Of a stretch of 64,000 nucleotides of DNA, positions 54,604-64,000 are shown in pieces. The position numbers were made by a program, and so were the translations under genes. The stretch is from Methanobacteriota archaeon (GTDB lineage Archaea; Methanobacteriota; Methanobacteria; Methanobacteriales; Methanobacteriaceae), in contig CAWBCJ010000026.1 of the NCBI GenBank assembly GCA_963787255.1, positions 1 to 64,000 of the forward strand, in the 5' to 3' direction. A model generated the notes under the pieces. That model was not told the DNA's origin. It saw only the letters and a program-made list of their open reading frames with translations, and did no database searches. The stretch's first letter is position 1; every line of letters begins with the position of its first letter.

Positions 54604-55047
54604 TTACTCCAAATAAACAATTGCAGCAACCACAGACCCTTGATTTTCTACAACATGACTTTCTTCCTCTATAATAATCTCTTTAATCTCCATATTCCTT
54701 ATTTTCATCATTTCATTTACCATAAACACCGCATGCTTTCGCACTTCCTCTGGATCCTTATTTATTTCTGAATGCTCAACTACACATCCAAAATCGTCCG
54801 ATATTGCAACGGCTATCACTGCAGTGATTATATCGCCTTCCTGCTTTGAAGTTGCGTGAGCCAGGACACAATTTATCATGTCTCCCGGTTTAAGAAATGG
54901 CAGTTCCACAAATTCTGAATCTGCAGGAATTATGCTACTGACTTTAATTAAGTTCACATCCCCTATTCCTGCGTCTAATAAAGCGTTATCAAATGCATTG
55001 AGTTTACTGGGGCCTTCTGATTTTCCTGAAGTTATTGCTATTTTCAT
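54604..55047 (-). CDS. pdaD: Pyruvoyl-dependent arginine decarboxylase
   Basis: [26 protein letters not shown] (SS self-cleavage site). Confidence 0.95.
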   Translation of the reverse strand: MKIAITSGKSEGPSKLNAFDNALLDAGIGDVNLIKVSSIIPADSEFVELPFLKPGDMINCVLAHATSKQEGDIITAVIAVAISDDFGCVVEHSEINKDPEEVRKHAVFMVNEMMKIRNMEIKEIIIEEESHVVENQGSVVAAIVYLE

Positions 55048-55297
55048 GAGTATCACTTAAGATTTAAATATTGAAAAAGATAAAGCTTAAACCTACATAT
55101 AGATTATAAGATATCTGTTCTTGTATTAGATTTCGTACAGTTTGAGAGTTAATATCTATAAACTTTTTATATTATATAAATAAAAATATCTTTAAGAGCT
55201 ATAATTAATGAGTCCTTGGTACATTAATCACATTGTTTAATATATCTTTTAAACTTCATAAAGGTTCTTTAATACTATTAATTTGGAGGTAATAATT

Positions 55298-55687
55298 ATG
55301 TCAAAGAAGGTTGTAGAAGTTAAAACCTTAAAAGTAGGTAAATACGTCATATTAGACGGAGAAGCATCAAAAATCACAAGTATCCAGACATCATCACCTG
55401 GAAAACACGGCGCTGCTAAGGCAAGAGTTGAAGCTGTAGGAATATTCGATGGTCAAAAAAGAGGCCTTGTAAAACCAGTTGATTCCAAGTGCGATGTTCC
55501 AATGATCGATAAAAGAGTAGGACAGGTCCTTGCTTTAATGGGAACTGAAGTTCAGCTTATGGATCTTGAATCTTATGAAACATTCGAATTACCTCTCCCT
55601 ACTGATCTAAAAAAAGAGATAGTTGAAGGCGCAGAAGTTGAATATATCGAAGCTATGGGTAAACAGAAGATTATGAGAGTTAAATAA
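55298..55687 (+). CDS. eif5a: Translation factor aIF5A
   Basis: [12 protein letters not shown] hypusine motif; GGAGGT SD. Confidence 0.98.
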   Translation: MSKKVVEVKTLKVGKYVILDGEASKITSIQTSSPGKHGAAKARVEAVGIFDGQKRGLVKPVDSKCDVPMIDKRVGQVLALMGTEVQLMDLESYETFELPLPTDLKKEIVEGAEVEYIEAMGKQKIMRVK

Positions 55688-55772
55688 TTGGATTATACTT
55701 TTTCAATTATTTTTTTTACTATTTTTTTAATAAATTTTAATTTAAAGATAATAATAAGAGGATAAAAAGAAA

Positions 55773-56645
55773 ATGCTTTTTTACACCCAAAATCCATTAA
55801 AATTTGCTTTTTCAAAGGAATTAGGGGAACTAAACGTTGAATCAGATAGGTCTAAGAAATTTGGTATAATAGGAGTACCTTTTGATAGCACATCTACCTA
55901 TAAAACAGGTGCAAGATTCGGGCCAATGGCTGTTCGTGAGGCTTCTTACAATTTTGAAAGATACAACATGGTTTTAGGTAAAACAATTGCTGCTGAAACA
56001 TTTGATTTTGGCGATGTTGAAGTTATTCACGGTAATTTTAAAAAAACCAGTTCAAATATAGAATTTTCAATATCTGAGCTACTCGAAATGAATATTATCC
56101 CAGTAGTTATTGGTGGAGAGCATACAGTCAGTTACAGTGTATTAAAAGCATTGGACATGGAAAACACGACTGTTATCCATTTTGACGCTCATATGGATTT
56201 AAGAGACGAGTACATGGGAGAAAAACACTCACATGCTACTGCAGTACGTCGAATATTTGATTTAAATCCAATGAAAATCATTCAAATTGGCGTGAGGTCC
56301 TGTTCTAAAGAGGAAATCAAATTCGCACATGAAGAACATATAAGCTATTTCACATCTCATGATGTTAACGAAAACATTGAAAAAGTCAAAAAAGCAATAA
56401 AAGAAATTAAAGGCAAAATATATGTAAGTGTGGACATTGACGTGCTTGATCCAGCATATGCACCAAGTGTGGGGACTCCATCTCCTTGTGGATTAAATCC
56501 TTTTCAACTAGAAAGCCTGATTCATTCACTTAAAGGAAAAGAAGTTATCGGATTTGATTTAATGGAAGTTTCATCAACTGAATTTGGTGATATCACAGCT
56601 ATTAACGGTGCAAAGAGTATATATGACTTTTTATGTCTTCAATAG
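55773..56645 (+). CDS. speB: Agmatinase
   Basis: GARFGP, GGEHTV, FDAHMD, SHA, DIDVLDP..APSVGTP. Confidence 0.95.
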   Translation: MLFYTQNPLKFAFSKELGELNVESDRSKKFGIIGVPFDSTSTYKTGARFGPMAVREASYNFERYNMVLGKTIAAETFDFGDVEVIHGNFKKTSSNIEFSISELLEMNIIPVVIGGEHTVSYSVLKALDMENTTVIHFDAHMDLRDEYMGEKHSHATAVRRIFDLNPMKIIQIGVRSCSKEEIKFAHEEHISYFTSHDVNENIEKVKKAIKEIKGKIYVSVDIDVLDPAYAPSVGTPSPCGLNPFQLESLIHSLKGKEVIGFDLMEVSSTEFGDITAINGAKSIYDFLCLQ

Positions 56646-56867
56646 GTAAAAAAGTCCTTAATTATTTATTTTATTATTTAAAAAATTTATATACCATGAT
56701 TTATTAATAATTACCTATATCTAAATATAATTTAGAGGAAAAAAATACTTTAAAAAGAGTTTTTATAGGAAGATAATCCTTCAATTGCTTTGAATTAATA
56801 TAAAATTAAGTTTGTTCAATGTTATATGGATATTTATTGTTTCATTAGGTTGAATGGAGTTTTTATC

Positions 56868-58103
56868 ATGAATACAAGAGAAATTAAGCTTTCAGGACAT
56901 ATAATTGATTCCCTTATACTGCCTAAAACCTTGGATCTTATAATGGACATGGGAGGGGACTTTGAAATTCTGGATGTTCACGTTGGAAAACATAAAAAAG
57001 ACGTGAGCCATGCCAAAATAAGAGTTATAGGGGATAACGAAGCTCATTTAGGAGAAATTTTAGACGAGTTAACTGAAATAGGTGCAGTTATTGTAGAAAT
57101 TAATGAAATTGAACTTATTCCTTCAAAGAAAGATAAAACGCTCCCTGATGACTTTTATTCCACTACAAATCATCCTACATTTGTCCGGTATAACCAGAAA
57201 TGGATTGAAGTTCAAGAAATAGAGATGGACTGCATGATTGTAATTGATCCAGAGCAAGAAAGGGCATTATGTTTGCCGATAGGGAAAATAAAGAAAGGAA
57301 ATCTGGTAGTTGTTGGAAGAGAGGGTATTAAAGTCGTCCCTCCAGAAAGGCCAAGAGGTAAAAAAGGCGTATTTGAGTTCATGTCCAGCGAAGCTTCATC
57401 AGAAAAACCAGTAAGATCCATAATAGAGAGAATTGCTTCTGAAATTAGGGAAATTAAAGAAAAAGGAGGCAAAATAGCTATCGTGGCAGGGCCTGCAATA
57501 ATACATACCGGATCAGCACCAATTCTATCTAACATGATAAGAGAAGGTATTATAGATGTTTTATTTGCTGGAAATGCTCTTGCAACTCATGATATTGAAA
57601 ACGCTCTTTATGGAACGTCATTGGGTGTATGCACAAAAAGTGGTGAAGCAGTTGTGAGGGGCCATAGACATCATATTTATGCAATTAATGAGATAAACAA
57701 GGCCGGCTCAATAAAAGAAGCAGTGGAAAATGGAATATTAACAAGTGGAATAATGTACGAATGTGTTAAAAATAACGTGCCATTTGTACTTGCAGGTTCA
57801 ATAAGGGATGATGGACCTCTGCCTGATGTTATAACTGATGTAATTGATGCACAAGAAGAAATGCGGAAATATGCACAGAATGTTGATATGGTTATTATGA
57901 TTGCCACCATGCTTCACTCCATAGCAACTGGTAACATACTTCCTTCCTATGTAAAGAGCATATGTGTGGATATAAATCCTGCAACAGTCACAAAACTTGC
58001 TGATAGGGGAAGTGCACAGGTAGTAAGCATAGTTACTGATGTTGGAGCATTTTTACCAATCCTTTATGAAAATTTAGAGGGACTGGAGTGCATTAAAGAA
58101 TAA
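56868..58103 (+). CDS. TIGR00300 / LOR-SDH family protein (ornithine cyclodeaminase-like)
   Basis: [56 protein letters not shown]. Confidence 0.88.
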   Translation: MNTREIKLSGHIIDSLILPKTLDLIMDMGGDFEILDVHVGKHKKDVSHAKIRVIGDNEAHLGEILDELTEIGAVIVEINEIELIPSKKDKTLPDDFYSTTNHPTFVRYNQKWIEVQEIEMDCMIVIDPEQERALCLPIGKIKKGNLVVVGREGIKVVPPERPRGKKGVFEFMSSEASSEKPVRSIIERIASEIREIKEKGGKIAIVAGPAIIHTGSAPILSNMIREGIIDVLFAGNALATHDIENALYGTSLGVCTKSGEAVVRGHRHHIYAINEINKAGSIKEAVENGILTSGIMYECVKNNVPFVLAGSIRDDGPLPDVITDVIDAQEEMRKYAQNVDMVIMIATMLHSIATGNILPSYVKSICVDINPATVTKLADRGSAQVVSIVTDVGAFLPILYENLEGLECIKE

Positions 58104-58217
58104 AAAGAAAATTTTTTTGAATTTAAATTTTATTATAAGGAGTAATCTAATGGCAGAAGAAATATAATGGCGAAGAAAAATCAATCATAAACAAAAAAAA
58201 TCAAAAACATGTATAAT

Positions 58218-58586
58218 TTAGATCTTCGTTTTAAGCAACAAAATATGCGCAGTAACAGCCATACCAACAATAATCAACAATATAAAAACATAATTTTCAT
58301 TAAAAAAGAAAATAAATGACAATATTAACATAACCCATAAAAAAACAACACTCTTTATTTTTATATCTAAAGGCACACCTTTTTTAGTCTTATAATTTTC
58401 TATATAGCTTCCAAAATAGCGATTGTTAGAAATCCATCTTTCAGCTTTCTTCGAACTTTTACCAAAACAAAAAAATGAAGCTAAAACAAAAGGAGTAGTA
58501 GGCAACACTGGAACAACAACTCCAACGGCACCCACACCAAATAAGGTCACACCTAAACTAAAGAAAAATAATCGTTTTAACTCCAT
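58218..58586 (-). CDS. YbaN/DUF454 membrane protein
   Basis: GVVVPVLPTTPFVLAS..CF.KSS..W....FG. Confidence 0.9.
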   Translation of the reverse strand: MELKRLFFFSLGVTLFGVGAVGVVVPVLPTTPFVLASFFCFGKSSKKAERWISNNRYFGSYIENYKTKKGVPLDIKIKSVVFLWVMLILSFIFFFNENYVFILLIIVGMAVTAHILLLKTKI

Positions 58587-58621
58587 ATCTGTTCAAAATC
58601 CTAATCTTTTTTTGCAGGGAT

Positions 58622-59182
58622 TTATTTGGCGAAATGTTCCTCGAATATTCTTTCTATATCTTCTGGTTCTTTTATAATGAATGTTTTATGCATTTTAGCA
58701 AGTTTCTGGACATGTTCAACGTCTTCTTTTCTTATAGAAATTTTTAAATCTTTCCCATTAGGCAGTTTTGTAATTGTAACTCCCTCTTCGTAATCAGAAG
58801 GTAATATATAAATTGGAACATCTGCTTTTTGACCCATAATAGCAGCATTAGATATTAAAGTGTCTCCCATCCTCATGGAAATCTTGGCTACAGTGTTAGA
58901 TGTAGTTGGTGCTATTAAAAAGAAATCATATTTACCCACTTGTATTTGACCAGCTAAAAATGGTGAATTAGCATTAATTTCAACCCAAATATTATCAAAA
59001 TTTGTCTCAATCTCATTAGACAGACCATAATATTTAATAACCTGATCTCCTGATTTTGAAATAAAAACTTCTATATCAACTTGATCCTTGTACTTTTCGT
59101 TTATCTTTTTCATTGCTTGTACTGTTTTTTCTATTTTTTCACCAGCACCTGCAATTCCCCAGGCAATCTTCCTTTTTTTCAT
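58622..59182 (-). CDS. afpA: Archaeoflavoprotein AfpA (dihydromethanopterin reductase-related family)
   Basis: IAWGIAGAG, NANSPFLAG, APTTSNTVAKI, ILPSD. Confidence 0.85.
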   Translation of the reverse strand: MKKRKIAWGIAGAGEKIEKTVQAMKKINEKYKDQVDIEVFISKSGDQVIKYYGLSNEIETNFDNIWVEINANSPFLAGQIQVGKYDFFLIAPTTSNTVAKISMRMGDTLISNAAIMGQKADVPIYILPSDYEEGVTITKLPNGKDLKISIRKEDVEHVQKLAKMHKTFIIKEPEDIERIFEEHFAK

Positions 59183-59355
59183 AGTGAAATACCTCCTTAA
59201 AGAGTTTATATAGTTTTAAAAAAAATTTAATGTTATTATATATAAATTCTCAGTGTAGTGCATATTGTATATTCATCAGTATCTTTTGTAAAAAAAAATA
59301 TGATGATTAAGTTATCCCGCGTTTAAGTATAGGGTGTAGTCCAGAACGATATGAT

Positions 59356-61555
<2,200 letters not shown>

Positions 61556-61674
61556 CTAATTCATCTATTTTAAATTTTACATAAACTGTGAATCTTTCGT
61601 CTTTAGAGCTTAATTACTATTTAATAAGGTCCTTTTAGAAAATATTTGAATTTTTTCTAAATATATTAATATTC

Positions 61675-61697
61675 TATATAGAACTCGATTCTATATA
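61675..61697. promoter_or_regulatory. Perfect 9-5-9 inverted repeat, candidate PerR/Fur operator
   Basis: TATATAGAA-CTCGA-TTCTATATA between divergent katG and fur-like genes. Confidence 0.65.
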
Positions 61698-61743
61698 AGT
61701 TTTTCTTCGATACATTTTTATTCAAAGAAATCAATTATTATTC

Positions 61744-62130
61744 ATGGAAAAGGAATTTAGGGAACATGGAGTCAAAATCACCCCACAAAGGCTAGAACTA
61801 ATTAAAAAACTAAAAGAATTAGAGGAATCTCATCCTTCTTTTAATGAAGTCTACAAAGCCGTTAAAAACACACATCCAAATGTTAGCCGCTCCACAGTAC
61901 ATGAAAACCTAAAATTACTAGTTGAGCTGGGCATTATAAGAAGCTTTCATTATAAAGGCGAAGTTCGCTATGAAATGAACTCTGAACTCCATGTAAACTT
62001 AGCAGAACCCAGCGGGGCAATAAGAGATATTAAAAATGATGAAATTAAGAAACATCTAGCAGAGATAGAACGGATCATAAAAGAAGAGGAAGGAATAAAA
62101 ATTAAAACTTTACTGGTCCTTGTAGAGTAA
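61744..62130 (+). CDS. Fur/PerR family transcriptional regulator
   Basis: KITPQR, HPS..EVY, PNVSRSTVHENL, RYE..H; divergent from katG. Confidence 0.88.
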   Translation: MEKEFREHGVKITPQRLELIKKLKELEESHPSFNEVYKAVKNTHPNVSRSTVHENLKLLVELGIIRSFHYKGEVRYEMNSELHVNLAEPSGAIRDIKNDEIKKHLAEIERIIKEEEGIKIKTLLVLVE

Positions 62131-62274
62131 ATTAGTTATAACTTAATCTACTTTTTCTTGCATCATATCTTCCTCAACTTATAGTTTATTAATATTAAGT
62201 ATCCTAAGACAAGTCTATTTTTTTTATATTTTTATGATAAATAATTTATAAAAGTTATTAACAAAATATAATTA

Positions 62275-63333
62275 ATGAATAACATTAAAATTTCAGGAGC
62301 AGGGCCCGCAGGACTCACTGCAGCCATAAATCTTGCAAAAGCAGGTTATGAAGTCGATGTCTATGAACGAAATAAGGATGTGGGACAACGGTTTTATGGG
62401 GATCTCCAAGGACTTGAAAATTGGTCCAAAAGAGAAGATATTCTTGACGAATTTAAGAAAATGAATATTGATATAAACTTTCAATGCGATCCATTCAAGA
62501 AAATAACTGCAGCTAATGCCATAAAAATCAATGAAATAAAGGATTCACGAAGACCATTGTATTATCTTGTTAAAAGAGGGAACGTACAAGGAAGCATGGA
62601 TTTGGGATTAAAAGACCAAGCCCAAGATGCGGGAGTTAATATTCATTTTGAAAATGTAATCCATAAAGATCAGGCAGATATAGTTGCAACAGGACCAATT
62701 TCAGGAAATACTGTCGGTGTTGTTAAGGGAATAACATTTAAAACAGACCTTGAAGACACTGCTACAGTGTTATTTGATGATGAAGCCGCTTTTAAGGGCT
62801 ATGCATACCTTCTTGTAACTAAAGGTTATGGTTGCATCTCCACTGTGCTACTAGATAATTTAAATACAGTTAACTCATGCTTTGAAAGAACAAAAGAAAT
62901 CTTTATGGATATATATAAATTTAATATCCAAGAGACCAAAAAATGTGGAGGAGTGGGCTGTTTTACACTAAATAAGACATTAAATAATGGAAAAAATTTA
63001 TTTGTAGGCGAAGCAGCGGGATTGCAGGATTTATTTTTAGGTTTTGGAATTAGATATGCCATTAATTCAGGATTTTTAGCAGCAAAAAGCATCATTGACC
63101 ATGAAGACTATGAAGCAATGATTAAATCACATTTTGAGGATAAATTGAAAGCAGGGGTTGTAAATCGTTATTTATGGGAAAAATCAGGTAGAAATAATTA
63201 TTCAATTGCTTTAGATAATTTTGAATGGATTATAAAGAATTTTAACTGGATATCCAATTACAACATTTTCCAGAAAATTCTGTACCCTTTTGCATTAAGA
63301 AGAATAAAAAAGAGATATAATTGGCTCGAATAA
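62275..63333 (+). CDS. NAD(P)/FAD-dependent oxidoreductase (geranylgeranyl reductase-like)
   Basis: GAGPAGL, VYER, VATG, GYAY, VGEAAG.QD..GFGIRYA..SG. Confidence 0.85.
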   Translation: MNNIKISGAGPAGLTAAINLAKAGYEVDVYERNKDVGQRFYGDLQGLENWSKREDILDEFKKMNIDINFQCDPFKKITAANAIKINEIKDSRRPLYYLVKRGNVQGSMDLGLKDQAQDAGVNIHFENVIHKDQADIVATGPISGNTVGVVKGITFKTDLEDTATVLFDDEAAFKGYAYLLVTKGYGCISTVLLDNLNTVNSCFERTKEIFMDIYKFNIQETKKCGGVGCFTLNKTLNNGKNLFVGEAAGLQDLFLGFGIRYAINSGFLAAKSIIDHEDYEAMIKSHFEDKLKAGVVNRYLWEKSGRNNYSIALDNFEWIIKNFNWISNYNIFQKILYPFALRRIKKRYNWLE

Positions 63334-63430
63334 GAATTTAATTTATATAATTCTAATTTTCCATTATTTCAAAGAAGATATAAGAAACAAAAATATAATA
63401 TCTTCAATTTCAGATTAGGGAGACATTATT

Positions 63431-64000
63431 ATGATCAGAGGCAACTTAGTCGATGTATTTACTGAAGAGATCTATCCAGCAGAAATAACCATTAAAGGTA
63501 ATTTGATAGAATGCGTGAAGCCAGTTGATGCTAAATTCCAAAGATATATTTTACCTGGATTTATCGATGCTCATATACATATAGAAAGTTCAATGTTAAC
63601 ACCTTCAAGGTTTGCTCAAACTGTGGTGCCCCACGGAACCACCTCGGTGATATCAGATCCACACGAAATCGCAAATGTTTTGGGAATTGAAGGAATAAAA
63701 TACATGATTAAAGATGCAGCAAGTGTTCCTTTACAAGTATTCTTCACTGCTCCTTCATGTGTTCCTGCAACTCCATTTGAAACTTCAGGTGCAATAATTG
63801 GTGCAAAAGAAATAGATAAACTCCTCCAAATGGATGAAATAGTTGCACTGGGGGAAATGATGAATTTTCCCGGAGTTTTAGCAGATGATCCAGAAGTTAT
63901 GGCTAAAATTGAAGCAGCAAAGACATATAAAAAGCCAATTGACGGTCATGCACCTCTTTTAACCGGGAACGACCTTTGTAAATATATTGCTGCCGGTATT
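63431..64000 (+). CDS. ade: Adenine deaminase (runs off window end)
   Basis: Manual translation: [48 protein letters not shown]. Confidence 0.95.
   Translation, partial: MIRGNLVDVFTEEIYPAEITIKGNLIECVKPVDAKFQRYILPGFIDAHIHIESSMLTPSRFAQTVVPHGTTSVISDPHEIANVLGIEGIKYMIKDAASVPLQVFFTAPSCVPATPFETSGAIIGAKEIDKLLQMDEIVALGEMMNFPGVLADDPEVMAKIEAAKTYKKPIDGHAPLLTGNDLCKYIAAGI

Overview
AT-rich archaeal chromosome segment, most likely from a Methanobacterium-type methanogen (Methanobacteriales), judged from TFB, aRF1, Gar1, archaeal DnaG, XerA, CfbE, aIF5A and the gene order. About 1-35 kb is accessory or plastic. It holds a TrmB/MFS pair, stress genes (Usp, DODA-type dioxygenase, TspO, a RudS-like DUF523-DUF1722 protein, a stand-alone WYL protein), two PAS/GAF histidine kinases, a secreted GH26-Ig protein flanked by degenerate direct repeats, a PG-binding Cys-peptidase-like protein, kdpABC-D divergent from trkAH, and many gene relics. 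About 35-59 kb is mostly core housekeeping (xerA, protease-less Lon-type ATPase, dnaG, tfb, pyrH, prf1, hemC, cfbE, NAD kinase, pdaD, eif5a, speB). A GC-rich, probably horizontally acquired katG lies divergent from a Cys-less Fur/PerR regulator, and adenine deaminase runs off the right end. Many genes are broken by single inserted bases, which looks like long-read error rather than biology. I saw no rRNA, tRNA, CRISPR array or transposase. The best candidate for an undescribed system is the kdp locus: no kdpE or kdpF in the window, a KdpD lacking its histidine-kinase module, an acidic uORF overlapping the kdpA start, and a leader with alternative pairings and repeated GGAAA half-sites.
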